DNA of 64,000 bases, from contig NC_081362.1 in assembly GCF_030684315.1 (NCBI RefSeq), positions 96,517,187 through 96,581,186 on the forward strand, given 5' to 3'. Position numbers and translations under genes: made by a program. This stretch comes from Stegostoma tigrinum. Its lineage: Eukaryota. Shown one piece after another: positions 35,501 to 49,769 of the stretch; positions within the stretch are counted from its first letter, which is position 1, and each line of letters starts with the position of its first letter. The notes under the pieces were generated by a model. It was not told where the DNA came from, ran no database searches, and saw only the letters and a program-made list of their open reading frames with translations.

Positions 35501-35860
35501 AGGGAGAGGCTGGCCAGGATTGGACTTTATTCCTTGGAATATAGGAGAATGAGTGGTGACCTTATTGAGGTAAATAAAATCATGGAGGGCATAGATAGGA
35601 TGAATGCATATAATCTTTTTTTCCAAGGGATGGGGAATTCAAAACTAGAATGCATAGGTTTAAGGTGAGAGGGCTAAGATTTATGAAGGACCTGAGGAGC
35701 AACTTCTTCTCACAGAGAGTGGTGCATACATGGAATAGGCTGCCAGAGAAAGTCATTGAGGCAGGTAGAATAACGTTTGGGTCGGTACATGGGTGGAAGG
35801 ATTGAGAACGATATGGGCCAAATGCAGGCAATTGGAACTAGCTGAGTTGGCACCATGGTT
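32575..35860. mobile_element. Cluster of CR1 ORF2 3' fragments (minus ~32575-33680 and ~33965-35010; plus ~35010-35860)
   Basis: Repeated LVRP.LEYC.QFWSP, SGVLQG.VLGP, SKFA and NFFT..V..VWNEL motifs. Confidence 0.88.
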
Positions 35861-36329
35861 GAAATATAGTGGACTCTGAACTGCCCTCAGGGCAGTTAGG
35901 GATAATCAATAAATGCTAGCCAAGCCAGAGACACCAAATTCCCATAAGTGAATATAAAAAAGGGTCTGCATGGCAGGGCAGGCTCAAGGGGCTGAACAGC
36001 CAACTCCTCTTCCTGTTACAGTCTTACTGTCATAAACGTAAAGTTGTGTGAGCAGATCACAAACTGTTATTTGGGAGAAATACAAGGGATTTGTGGAAAT
36101 GAAAGTTGAAAGTTGAAGAGAATGAATAAATTAGCTTATTCCATTTGTACTGAGCTTCAAAAGACCAGCAACACTGACGTAGAAACAACAGAGCAACTTT
36201 GGCAAGAAAAGAAACCTTTCTGAGTTTAAGACAAATTGATAGATCCTCAACTGAGGAATTGAGTGAAAAAATTCTGAACAAGGAAACAGTGAATTAAACA
36301 TAGCAAACCACAAATACAACAGAGAAATT

Positions 36330-38670
36330 ACGCACCAAAACACGTTATTCCAGGAAGCTACCAATCAAGACTGGACAACCGACATGGAACGAGCTGGTAA
36401 CATCAGCTGACAGACCACAAGAGCCAAGAAAAGACAGACTCTGCAAGAAAAGCTAACCACACTTACCCACAAAAACATCAACAAGAGAACTGACACATGG
36501 ATAAGGAACCTCTCAGAGAGGAAGCTGACAGACTCGGAAAAATCCGTTCTGACCCGGGGACAGAGCTACAGCTACAGGAATGCCAACAAAATGGAATTGC
36601 TAGCCACACTCGAGACCAACAACATCAACAAAGGAACACAACAAACCATAAGACAGACAGTAGTCCCGACACTAACCAGAATGAGAGAAGTCAACACCCT
36701 CAACGCACAGCAAAGACAAGCCTTTGACAGATTAAAGAAGGACAAGAACATCATAGAACATAGAACATAGAAAAGTACAGCACAGTACAGGCCCTTCGGC
36801 CCACGATGTTGTGCCGTGGAATAATCCTAATCCAAAAATAAAATAGCCTAACCTACATTCCCCTCAATTCACTGCCGTCCATGTGCATGTCCAGTAGTCG
36901 CTTAAATACTGTACTACCTGCAGACAAAGGGCGCATGACAGTGATAATGAATAAAAAGTGCTTAATCCCCAAAGCACAAGCACTGCTCGCCGACAAGAAC
37001 ATACACCAACCCGCACAGACTGACCCGACACCACAACTAGGAAACAAAATCCTATACTTGCTACAAAATCCAAAACAAACAGGACAGAGCAACAAAGCAG
37101 ACTTGTTAAGAATGAAACCTGAAGGAACCAACACACCCTGATTCTACAGTCTCCCTAAAGTGCACAAACCGGAAGTCCCCCTCAGAACCATAGTCTCCCT
37201 ACCAGGCACTCCATCACAGAGATTCGCCAGAGAACTACAAAGAAGACTCAAGCGCCCAGTCAACAAATCACCCCACTCCATCCACTCAGCCCAAGAATTC
37301 CACAACTCCATCAAAGACATAAAGATAGATGACGAGGAGACCATGATATAGTTTGATGTCACCGCCCTATTCACATCAATAGACATACCACTAGCAAGGG
37401 AAACAGTGACAACATGATTTGAACAAGAACACAGCCCCAGTGAAACCATCTCCAAGAACACAATGCTTAAACTACTGGGCCTATGTCTGGCCACCCACTT
37501 CACCTTCAACGGCCAAACATACGAGCAAATCAATGGGACACCCATGGGATCGCCCATCTCCGGACTCACAGCCGAGGCAGCGATGCAAAGACTGGAAAGG
37601 ACTGCCTTCAGCTAATCCAACCTAAACTATGGATACACTATGTAGATGACACCTTGCTCATCATTAAACGGACCAAATTAGAAGAGACACACAAACTCAG
37701 AAACACCACCCTCACTGGAATAAAATTCACCAGAGAGGGGGAGAAGAACAAACAACTCTCATTCCTGGATGTTATGATAGAGTGAAAGACAAATGGGGAA
37801 CTGCAAACGAAAGTTCACCGAAAAGCCACACACACAGACCAGGTATTGAACTTCAAGAGTAACCATCCCAGCACACACAAACGAAGCTGCATGCAAACAC
37901 TATTGAAAAGGGCAACTACACACTGCAGCAACAAAGAGCTGCACCAAGAGGAGGAGGAATACTTCTTCCAAGTGTTCAAGGATAATGGATACCCAAAGAA
38001 CGGGGTCAGGAGATGCCGACAGCAACTGCATCAGAAAGATTCTACACGCCCCAGCACACTCATCACAGTTCCCTCCATCAGGAACTTGTCGGAACTCACC
38101 ACAAGTTTTCTACGATCTCTGGGCATCAGGGTGATACACAAGCCCACACCAACCCTACAACAAGCGTTCACCTGAACTAAAGACTCACTCCTCACCCTGG
38201 ACAGGGCCAATGTCATCGACCAAATCCCCTGCAGAGACTGTGAGAAACACTTTATCAGACAAACAGGAAGGAAACTAATAACAAAAGTACATGAACACCA
38301 ACCAGCCACAAAAAGACACAACCTGTACTCACTCATCTCAATCCACATGGACAAGGAGAACCACGATTGAGACTGGGACAACACCAAAATCCTGGGGCAG
38401 GCGAGGCAGAGACAAGCACAAGAATTCCGGGAAGCATGACACTCCACGAAGCAAGCTATTACTAAACACATTGAACTCGATGCCATATACATTCCACTAT
38501 GGAGGAAAGCTGGAAGTGAGGCAATCCATCACAATGGACCCCAGAGTTTAAAAACCAGGCAGGAAAACACACCAATGCTTCATCAGAGGCTGCACTGAGA
38601 ATGTTACCAAGGATGGTAACGAAACATCTGCAGAACATCAAACTAGCTCAGCAAGCCAACCAACCTCAAC
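36330..38670 (+). mobile_element. Second Penelope-like family (degenerate RT + GIY-YIG), interrupted by a CR1 3' end at ~36752-36908 (minus)
   Basis: PADKG, PKVHKPEVPLRTIVS, FDVTALFT, GTPMGSPIS, YVDDT, FLDV, H..THKRS, C..C.KH.I.QTGRKL. The nested (agaacat)n CR1 tail splits the ORF just before PADKG. Confidence 0.9.
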
Positions 38671-41600
38671 AATGTGAGATATTCCATTTTGGTAAGAGAA
38701 ACAAGGGCAAGACTTACATAGTTATTGTTAGTGCACTGTGTACTTCTGGAGAACAAAGAGACCAAGGGTTTCAGGTACATAATTCTTTGAAATTTGTATC
38801 AAAGGAAGACAGGGTGGCCAAGAAGGTGCTTAACATACTTGCTTTAATTGCTCTGACCATTGTGCGCTGGAGTTGGGATGTCATATTTAAGTGGTACAGG
38901 CTGCTGATGAGGCCTCTTCTTGGGCAATGTGTGCAGCTCTGGCTGCCCTGTTACAAGAAGGATATTATTAAATTGAAGAGGGCTCAGAAATTATCTACCA
39001 AGATATTGCCTGCAATGGAGGGTTTGCGATATGGCAACAGGTTGGATAGGCAAGGACATTTTTCATGCAGTGTAGGAGGTTGAGGAGTGATCTTTTAGAG
39101 GTTCTAAAATCATGAGGGGCACAGGTAAGGGAAATAGCAAGAGCTTTTTCCCTAGATTGGAGGATTTCAAAACATGGGGCATGTTTTTGAACTGAGAGGA
39201 GAATGTTTCAAGAATGACATGAGAGGCAATGCTTTTTACACAGAGCGTGGTCCAAATGTGGAATGAACTGCCAGAGAAAGTCATGGATAAGACCATAAGA
39301 CCATAAGACTTAGGAGTGAAAGTAAGGCCATTTGGCCCATCAAGTCCACTCCGCCATTTAAATCATGGCTGGTGGGAATTTCAGCATCACTTCCCTGCAC
39401 TCTCCCCATAGCCCTTAATTCCTTGTGAGATCAAGAATTTATCAATCTCTGCCTTGAAGACATTTTATGTCCCGGCCTCCACTGCGCTCAGTGGCAATGA
39501 ATTCCACAGGCCCACTACTCTCTGGCTGAAGAAATGTCTCCTCATTTCTATTTTAAATTTACCCCCTCTAATTCTAAGGCTGTGCCCATGGGTCCTAGTC
39601 TCCCCGCCTAACGGAAACTACTTCCCAGCGTCCACCCTTTCGAAGCCATGCATTATCTTGTAAGTTTCTATTAGATCTCCCCTCAACCTTCTAAACGCTA
39701 ATGAATACAATCCCAGGATCCTCAGCCGTTCATCGTACGTTAAACCTACCATTCCAGGGATCATCCGTGTGAATCTCTGCTGGACACGCTCCAGCGCCAG
39801 TATGTCCTTCCTGAGGTGTGGGGCCAAAAACTGGACACAGTATTCTAAATGGGGCCTAACTAGAGCTTTATAAAGCCTCAGAAGCACATCGCTGCTTTTA
39901 TATTCCAGCCATCTTGAGATAAATGACAATATTACATTCGCCTTCTTAATCACGGACTCTACCTGCAAGTTAACCTTTAGAGAATCCTGGACCAACACTC
40001 CCAGATCTCTTTGTACTTCTGCTTTATGAATTTTCTCACCATTTAGAAAATAGTCCATGCCTGTATTCTTTTTTCCAAAGTGCAAGACCTCACATTTGCT
40101 CACATTGAATTTCATCAGCCATTTCCTGGACCATTCTCCTAAACTGTTTAAATCCTTCTGTAGCCTCCCCACCTCCTCAGTACTACCTGCCTGCCCACCT
40201 ATCTTCGTATCATCAGCAAACTTCACCAGAATGCCCCCAGTCCCTTCATCCAGATCATTAATATATAAAGTGAACAGCTGCGGCCCCAACACTGAACCCT
40301 GCGGGGCACCACTTGTCATTGGTTGCCATTTTTAGAAAGAGCCCTTTATCCCAACTCTCTGCCTTCTGTCAGACAGCCAATCCTCAATCCAAGCCAGTAG
40401 CTCACCTCGAACACCATGGGCCCTCACCTTACTCAACAGCCTCCCGTGAGGCCCCTTATCAAAGGCCTTTTGGAAGTCTAGATAGAATACATCTACTGGG
40501 TTTCCCTGGTCTAACATACTTGTTACCTCTTCAAAGAATTCTAACAAGTTTGACAGGCATGGCCTCTCCTTACTAAATCCATGCTGACTTGTTTTAATCT
40601 GACTCTGCACTTCCAAGAATTTAGAAATCTCATCCTTAACAACGGATTCTAGAATTTTACCAACAACTGAGGTCAGGCTAATCGGCCTTTAATCGGATGC
40701 AGGTACAATTAAAACATTTCAAAGATGTTTGGATAAGTTCAAGAATGGGAAAGGTTTGGAGGGATATGGGCCAAATTCAGGCAGGTGGGACTACTTTAGA
40801 TTTGGAAATTGGCTGAAGGGAATGAGTCAGACTGAAGAGTTTGTTTACACGTTCTATGAGTCTACGACTATGACTCCATCTTTAAACGAGATCATGGATA
40901 ATCTGGTTGTGGTCTCAGCTGCACATTCCTGCCTGTCCCTGATAATCTTTAAAAGTTTTGCATGAGAATGTGGGTGAGATATCTGCAAGTTTGTAGAAAA
41001 CAGAAAGCTAGGTAAGAGAGTGAACTGTGAGGAGGTTGCTGAGATGCTTCAGTGTGAATTGTACAAACCGAGTCAGTAGGCAAATATGTAGCAGATTCTA
41101 AATAAGTGTGGCGAAATGCGAGATTATCTATTCTGGAAGACTAATGGGAAGGCAGATGATTCAGATGTCCTCTTACATTAGTCCCTACAGGTAACATTGC
41201 AGATCCAGCAGGCAGTGCAGGAGGCAGATGGTTACTGTTATACATAAGCCTTCATGTGAGAAGCAGGGATGCCTGGCTGCAATTGTACAGGGCGTTAGTG
41301 TGACCACACCTGAGTTACTGTGCCCACTTTTGGTCCCTAATCTGAGGAGAGATGTTCTTGTTGCAGACAGAGTGCAGCAAAGGTTTACTAGGCTGATTCC
41401 TGGGATGTCAGCAGCAATGTAAGAGAGGTTGAATCAATTAGGATTATATTCATCTAGAAGAATGAGGGGGATCTCATAGAGACCGACAAAATTCTAATGG
41501 TACAGGAGAGGGTAGGTGCAAGAACGTTGTTCTTGGTGGTAGAGGAGTCCAGAACCAGGGACCATTGTGTAGGAATTTGGGGTAAACCATTTCAAATTGA

Positions 41601-41850
41601 GCTGAGGAGAAATTTCTTCACCCAGAGAGTGGTGAGCTGTGGAATTTATGTCACATAAACTGGTTGAGGCCAAAACATTTTATGATTTCAAGAAGGAGTT
41701 GAATAAAGCACTTGGGACTAAAGGGATCAAAGGATATGAGGAGAAAGCAGGAACTGGTGACTGAGATGGATGATCAGCCGTGATCATAATGAATTTCAGA
41801 GCAGGTCTGAAGGGCTGAATGGTCCATACATGCTCTTAATTTCATTCTTT
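38670..41850. mobile_element. Nested CR1s: a plus-strand copy split by a younger minus-strand copy (39289-40694), then another plus-strand copy ~40960-41850
   Basis: ORF 39618-40319 has GAPQGSVLGP and KFADDTK. The host 3' end reads through (gaaagtcatggat…ggatgcaggtac), with duplicated ggat at 39285-39288 and 40695-40698. (ccataaga)n tail. Confidence 0.9.
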
Positions 41851-42984
41851 CAGTGTTCTTAAGCCCATAGTCCCTTGACGATCAAAACTCTATTGAACGC
41901 AATCTTCAATAATCTCAACCACTGAGCCTCCACTAGCTCTGGTGTAAAGAATACCACAATTCAACTTCCCTCAGAGAAATCATTTCTCCAAATCTTTGCC
42001 TTAAAAGGAAGAACTCTTCTTGTAAAACTGTGTTTAGTTGTTTCTGTCTCCCAGGCAAGAAGAAACATCCTGTGATTATCCACTTTCAGCTGTTAACCCC
42101 ACAGTGCGAGTTTAATGGAGAATCTCCTGCATTGCACTCCCATACCCAATCCCTCTCAGTATTCTATGGTGTCCAATTAGGTTATAAGAATAAAGACAAT
42201 TTTGTTTACCAGGACATTTGCGTAAAGTGGTTTAGTTACTGCAATTCCCCAGAGTTTTACTTCTGCTTCACAAGGTCTTCTTGCTAAAGAATTGCTCAGT
42301 CATCAATTTTGCTGTAAATGACTGACAAGCCCATAATTTCAAAAGAGATCTCGCAAATGTGGTTTATGAAAAGCAAACTTCTAAACTCCAACAGCAGATG
42401 CATTGAGGAGATGTTTGAACAGTTTGAAGTTGTTTTCAAAAAACCATAGCCCTTTGGCCGACAATATTGTGCTGAACATGATGCCAAAGTAAAGTAATCC
42501 CTGCTGCCTGCCCTTGTTCCATTTCCCTTCATTCCTTGTTTTCTCATGTGCTTCTCTAAAAGTCCCTTAAAGGTCCCTAATTTCTCTGCCTCTACCACAA
42601 TCCTGGCAGAGTGATCCAAACTCCTACCACTCTCTACGTAAAAAATTTGCCCCTCACATACCGTATGAACGGATCCCCTCTTATCTTAAATGCACGCCCC
42701 CTAGGATTAGACATGTTAACTCTGGGAATAAGATTCTGAACAATAATGCATCTCATGATTTTATTGACTCCTATTAAGTCTCCCCTCAGCCTTTGCCGCT
42801 CCAAAAATAAAAATAATCCATTTCAATGGGCTCTTCACTAGCCAAAGAAAAACCTGAACATTCAGAAGTCTTGGACAATTTTAAGCCATTGGGGTTCAGG
42901 AGGGCAGTTAATATAAACTTAAATGTGCTCATGGAGTGGGTTCAATAAATCTAAAACTTCTCATTTGTATTCTCATCTGTCAGA

Positions 42985-43655
42985 GTGGCATGGTGGCTCA
43001 TTGGTTAGCACTGCTCATAGTGTTAGGGACCCAGGTTTGATTCCAGCCTTGGATGACAGTATGTGTGGAGTTTGCACGTTCTCCCCGTGTCTGTGTGTGT
43101 TTCCTTCAGGTGCTCTTGTTTCCTCCCACTGTCCAACAATTGCAGGTTAGGTGGACTGGCCATGCTAAAAATTATCCGCAGAGCCTGGGGTGTGCAGGTT
43201 AGGTGAGTTAACCATGTTAAAAAACCCATTTGGGGATTGGGTAGGGTGCTGTTCAGAGGGTTGGTGTAAAGTCAATGGGCTGCATGTCTCTTTCTTCACA
43301 GTCATCTCAGAATCCCTACAGTGCTGGAAGAAACCATTTGGCCAATTGAATCTGAATCAACTGCATGAAAAGCATCCATCACCCCCTTACCCCCCTCCCC
43401 AAAATCCCTGTAGTCCTGCATTCGGAATGACTGCTCCACCTAGCCTGCACATCCCTGGGCAGTACAAGGCAATTAAACATGGCCGACCCACCTAACCTGC
43501 ATATCTTTGGACTGTGGATGAAAGCAGAACACCCAGAAGAAACTCACGCAAACATAGGGAGAATTTGCTAACTCCACACAGACAATAGCCCGAGGTGGAA
43601 TCAAGCCTGACACTGTGAAGCAGCAGTGTTAACCACTGAGCCACTGTGTCACCCA
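42985..43655. mobile_element. Two tail-to-tail tRNA-derived SINEs with V-SINE core (HE1-like); further copies at ~3280-3620 (-), ~54905-55200 (-), ~56430-56540 (+)
   Basis: A/B-box-like ggtggctca..ggttagcactgct…gggacccaggtttgattcc, followed by the core tgtgtggagtttgcacgttctccccgtgtctg. Confidence 0.8.
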
Positions 43656-44994
43656 GAAGGATTCTCTTTATAGACTGAAGGGTCTAGGCCCGAAACGTCA
43701 GCTTTCCTGTTCCTAAAATGCTGCTTGGCCTGCTGTGTTCATCCAGAGCCACACCTTGTTATCTCAGATTCTCCAACATCTGCAGTTCCCATGATCTCTG
43801 TCCCTAATCCTCCTGTTCAGAGGTGCTATGACAAGCTTCTGCAGCAGGTGGGACTTAAACTGAGATATCCTAGCTCAGAGGTAGTGACACTACCACTACA
43901 ACACAAGCGATGAATGTCAGCCTCAGGCTTGATCAATATATGCATATTATTCACCCTTTGGCTGAAATAGAGTCAGAGGGCAGGGCTGCTTAAGCCAGAA
44001 TACACACAGCTACTTTAATCTCTATTGTGTTGATCCACACTATCTTATTCTGCTTTTCCATTATGCATTCCTGCATCCTTGTTCCTAATGGAAATTCCCT
44101 ATGTAAATTTATCACCAACAGTCACTGTGTGGAAGGAGGCCACTTGGTTCTTCGTGTCAAATCCACACAGCAAATATTTGATGACATTAATCCAATTTTC
44201 AAGCTTTTGACCCACTGCCAATACAATGAATACTTAAATGTTGCTTCAATCTGGATCTCACTGCCTGTAAGGTTGGGAGAAGCAGAAACCCTGGGTATTT
44301 AGATCAGCACTTGTGATTCCAAGGCATACAAAGCTATGAGCTAAATGCAGCAAAGTGAGGTTAGAATGGTCAAATGGTTGTTTTTGACCAGCACAGAGAT
44401 GATGGGCAACAGGGTCTTCTTCTATATTGCAGATCTCCTCAATACTGTCAAAGTTACAAGTGTTTCTGGTTGAATCACCTTTTTACTCAGCGAGTTTCAG
44501 ACTACTACCACCCTCTGAGTGAAAACTTTCTCCTCAATTCTTCTCTTAGCCTTCCACCTCTCACCTTAAATCTATGTCCCTCCCCGACTTCTACCGGTCC
44601 CCACCCCCCCCCCCCCCCCGCCCTCATGACTGACTCCTCTACTGGTTGAAAATGTGCCTTCCTAACCACCCCGTCAAGCTTGTAATACTGTTACACATCT
44701 CCATCTTGTCCCATGTCAACGTTTGCTGCTCGAAGGGAAGCAACTCTATCCTATCTGAAATAAAAAAAAGAACTGCAGGTGCTGGAGATCTGAAACAAAA
44801 ACAGAAATTTAAGGAGAAATGCTACAGGTCTGGCAGCATCTGTGGAGAGAATAACAGTAGTGACCCTTTGTCAGAACTGAAGGTAGCCAGGGAAGGGTGG
44901 CGTTTGTGACGACGACAGGGTTTGGGGAGTGTAGGGGGAAGTGAATACAGGACATGGAGATGGTGTCCAGAAAGAGAGATAAAAAGGCTATGAT

Positions 44995-46130
44995 TGCAAC
45001 ATACCCCCAACAGTGGTCGAGAACACCCTCGACTGTGTCTCCCGCATTTCCCACAACTCATCCCTCACACCCCATCCCCGCAGTAACAACCAAAAAATAT
45101 CCCCTTCATCCTCACATAACACCCCGCCAACCTCCGGATCCAACGCATCATCCTCCGACACTTCCGCCATCTGCAATCCAACCTCACCATCAAAGACACT
45201 TTTCCCTCCCCAACCTTGTCTGCTTTCCAGAGGGACCTCTCTGTCTGGGAATCCCTTCTCCGCTCCACACTCCCCTTCAGCCCCACCACACGCGGCACTT
45301 TCACCTGCAACTGCAGGAAGGGCTACACTTACCCCCACACCTCCTCCCTCACTCCCATCCCAGGCCCCAGGAAGACTTTCCACATCAAGCAGATGTCCAC
45401 CTGCACATCTGCTAATGTGGTATACTGCATCCGCTGTACCCGTTTTGGCCTCCTCTACATCAGGGAAACCAAGCGGATGTTTGAGGACCACTTTGCAGAA
45501 CACCTACTCTCAGTTCGCAATAAACAGCTGCACCTCCCAGTCACGAACCATTTCAAATCCCCCTCCCATCCCTCAGACGACATGTCCATCCTGGGCCTCC
45601 TGCCGTGCCACAGCGATATCACCCGAAGGTTGCAGGAACAGCAACTCATATTCCACTTGGGAACCCTGCAGCCCAATGGTATCAATGTAGATTTCACAAA
45701 CTTTAAAATCTCTCCTCCTCCCACTGCATCCCAAACCCAGCCCAGCTCGCCCCCGCCTCCCTAACCTGTTCTTCCTCTCACCTATCCCCTCCTCCCACCT
45801 CAAGCCCTGCCCCCATTTCCTACCTACTAACCTCATCCTGCCTCCATGACCTGTCCATCCTCCCTGGACTGACATATCTCCTTCCTTCCTCCCCACTTAC
45901 ACTCACCTTTACTGGCTCCGTCCCCGCCTCTTTGACTTGCCTGTCTCCTCTCCACCTATCTTCTCCTCTATCCATCTTTGATCCGCCTCCCCGTCTCTCC
46001 CTATATATTTCAGAACCCACTTCCCTTCTCCCATTTCTGATGAAGGGTCCAGGCCCATGCCCTCAGCTTTCCTGCTCCTAAGATGCTGCTTCGCCTGCTG
46101 TGTTCATCCAGCTCTACACCTTGTTATATC
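44995..46130 (+). mobile_element. Penelope-like element 3' part (GIY-YIG + tail)
   Basis: NVVYCIRCTRFGLLYIRETKR…FAEHL and the same 3' tail as the 17.1-19.0 kb copy. Confidence 0.9.
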
Positions 46131-47039
46131 AGGAATTCCCTTTGTTTGCCTATCTTTCTCTTTCACTCTCTCTCTCTCTTTCTTTCTTTTTCTCTGGGCA
46201 TTCGCTTCGTGTTTTCTATTCTCTTCGACTAGTCCCCCATCGGAAGGGTCACCAGACTCAAAATGTTCAATCTGCTACTTTCTCCACAGATGCTGGCTAA
46301 CTTTATCTCCAGCAATTTCTGCTTTTGTCCGCTGAACAATACCCGAGTCTCTGGATTGTCAGTCTCACAATAATGTGTTAAATAGGCTCTATGTGTACAG
46401 AGATTGGACAGACCATTTGGCTCAATAGTTTATATCCATGTCAATGCTGTTTTCGAGCATCCTCTTGTCTTTCCTTAACTCAATTATTGTAACCCTTTAA
46501 TCCTTGCTACCTTTTGAAAGTTTCTGGTTACCCTTCATATTGCAACGAGAGGTGTTATTGCCAGACTGTTAATCACAAGTCTCAGTCATTGACCAGAGGA
46601 CCTGGGCTCGAATTCTGCCACAACAAATGGTGGAATTCGAATTCAATTCTCATGATAACCATGCATCCATTGTTGGAAAAACCCATCGGCTGCCCTTTAG
46701 GGAAGGCAACTGCCATCCTACCTAGACTACATGTGACTCCAAATTCACCACACTGTGGTTGGTTCCTAACTGCCCTCTGGGCAATCAATGCTGTCCTAGT
46801 CAGTCATGCCTTCACCCCGTGACTGAATAAAAAGAAGATCACCTCAAACCATCCCTGTGGTAGTAAGGGCCACATGTACACCGCACTCTGGGTAATCTTT
46901 TGTGATTATCTTACATCAATGGCTCCTAGTGTTGTTCTGGGAAATTAGAAACGGAGACACATTTTCTCCCTATTTTTCCAACTAACCTGTTCAAAGATGT
47001 TATAACACATTTCTGGACCAGGTGGGACTTGAAGCTGGG

Positions 47040-48600
47040 TCTCCTGGTCCAGGGTGAGGGACATTACCCCGTGCCACAAATTACATTAATGATTTTGATT
47101 GGGTCACATCTGTTTTCAAAAATAACAAAACCCATGCTGTTAACTTTCTCTTGAGTGATACACTGTACACCCACATTTCTACTAATAACCTTGTTAATCT
47201 TTTCTGAACTCTCTTCGGCATCTCTACATCATTTTTATAACACACCAGACAATACGGCACGCAGTAATGCAGGAGCGGTCTGACCAATGTTATTCAAACT
47301 TCAAATTGCCTTCTTGTTCCTGATATCTGGCAGAATGAAATGCCCCTGTTAGAATTGCCTTTTATGACTTTATCTGTATGGCCACCATGAGTGGCCTGTG
47401 ACTTCATTTCTCCCCACCTCATTTTGATTGCTCTTTATGAAGCAATTTGCAGCCTCTTCATTATTCTTGTAAAAATGCAATATTTCATGCATACTTCAGG
47501 TCACGGCCAGTTTAGGTGAACTCATACAACATGCTAAATGCATTCAACTAGTTCAGCAGGCATGATCAACTTATAATAGATCAACAAGGACTCTTCAGAC
47601 AGCTTGATCATACTTGTACACATGCTCAGTCCCTCTATCTCAGATTCAAGGCTGAGATAGACGGATTTTTAATCATTTGAAGTGTATCAAGAGTCCCGGA
47701 GAAATGACAGGAAAGTATAGTTGGAGTCATAGAGATGTGCAGTCCAGGAACAGACCTTTCCATCAAACTCATTTATTCTGACCAGATATCCTAAATTAAT
47801 ATAGTTCCATTTGCCAGCATTTGGCCCACATCACACTAAACCCTTCCCATTCATCTATCTATCCAGATGCCATTTAAATGTTGGTAACTGTACCAGCCTT
47901 CACCACTTCCTTCAGCAGCTCATTTCATACATAGACCACCTTCTGTGTGAAAAAGTTGCCCCTCAGGTTCTTTCTACTCTCACATTAAACCTTCCATCAT
48001 CTAGTTTTGGCCTCTCCTACCCTGGGGAAAAGGCCTTGGCTATTCACTCTATCCACCCATCTCATGATTTTATAAACTTCTATAAGACCACCCCATGTAG
48101 CTCAAACCCTCCAACCCTGGCAACATTCTTGTAGGTCTTTTCAGAACGCTTTCAAGTGTAACAATGGCTTTCCTACTGCAGGGAGATCAGAATTGAAATC
48201 AGTATTCCCAAAGAGGCCTGGCCAATGTCCAATACAGCTGCAACATGATCTCCCAACTCCTATACTCGATGCACTGACCATTAAAAGCAAGCGTGCCAAA
48301 TGCTTTCTTCACCACTCTGCTCACCTGCAACTCCACTTTCAAGGAACTATGAACCTGCACCCCAAGATCTCACAGTTTGGGCGCACTCCCCAGGATCTTA
48401 CCATTGGGTATATAAGTCCTGCCCTGATTGTCTTTCCAAAATGTAACATCACACATATATCTAGATTAATTTCCATCTGCCACTACTCAGCATATCAGTA
48501 TCTGATTGAAGTCCCATTGTACTCTGAGGTAACCTTCTTAGCTGTCCACTACAACAACAATTTTGGTGAAATCTGCAAACTTACTAACCATACGCCCTTT
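47040..48600 (-). mobile_element. CR1 ORF2 3' fragments
   Basis: MVRPLLHYC…KRVQKRLTR and CR1 3' UTR similarity. Confidence 0.8.
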
Positions 48601-49716
48601 CATGAGATCAGATTCATAATTGGTCAGCCATGATCTCATTGAATGGTGGACTTGCCAGGCTGAATGATTTCTTCCGCTTCTATGACTTATCCTGCTATAT
48701 TCTCATAACATGCTTCAAACCAGCACTAAACACATATAGACTGGTAAATATATGTTGACTGCATCCTTCCTTTCCTTAAACATAAAGTGACATTTGCAGC
48801 TTTCAATTTCAATAACATAATCTCCAATTCTACAAACTTTCAAATGTGGTGTGAACATCATCATCATCATATCCTCCTCTGTGTTGTTAATATCCTAACA
48901 CAGAAATCACCAGCTCCTGCATATTTATTTATCTCTAATTGAATGATTACTTCATTTTTAAAACGTAATAATTCAATTTCTTTGCGTTTAGATGGGCTGA
49001 AAATTTTTCAATGAGCAATCTGACTATTGCTTCTTTATCCATTATTGCCTGCATCTATGCTTGTTGGACCCATGGTTCCTAAAATAATTAAAAGGAAGTT
49101 TTTATATTGTACCCAGACTTTTTATTTTTTATTCATATTTTCTCTGAATCCTTAAGACCATAATAGATAGGAGCAGAGTTAAACATTAAAACTCTTCTGC
49201 CATTTGATCATGGCTGATATGTTTTCAAACCCAATTCTCCCTTCTATGCCAATGGACTCCATCGTTTCACCATACTCTGGGTGAAGAAATTTCTCCTCAT
49301 CTCATTTATTTGTTGCTTTTTCTTTTTTTGTTGACACTATCTGCTTCTTTTGTAAGTTTTTTTCAGGTTAATACTATTTTGATCTCACTGAGGTTGCCTG
49401 TACTCTGTTACCTCATGACAGCAACTCTTCATCAAAATTCTGCATAAAAACGCCTTATCCTGAAAGAATATTGCATTCAGATGATATCTCTCCAAATGTA
49501 GTCATATTACACATGGTAATAACTGGCCTCTGTAGCTCAGCATCAAATCTGACACTATTTGATCACTGAACCACAGGAAAACCGAGTAAAGTTCTCAATT
49601 CTGAAACAAACATAAATTTGACTATGAAATACCCAACTCACACACTTCTGTCTGACACATGAATCAAACTCAAAAATGTAAAGAAAACAAAAGAACAGCT
49701 CTGGGCATTTACTTAC

Positions 49717-49768
49717 CCAGTGCGAGGCAGAGGATCAAATTCAAGGTTGAGAATGTTTGGCCAAACAT
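49717..49768 (-). CDS. Leader (signal peptide) exon of the IgSF V-domain receptor: MFGQTFSTLNLILCLAL-G
   Basis: The minus strand reads gcttgaaATG TTT GGC CAA ACA TTC TCA ACC TTG AAT TTG ATC CTC TGC CTC GCA CTG G|gtaagt. This is 17 codons + 1 nt with a hydrophobic core and a perfect phase-1 donor, in non-repetitive sequence. It joins in frame to the V exon at 16967 (…LALG-RVDT/QTTLLQSP). The linkage is inferred. Confidence 0.7.
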
Positions 49769-49769
49769 T

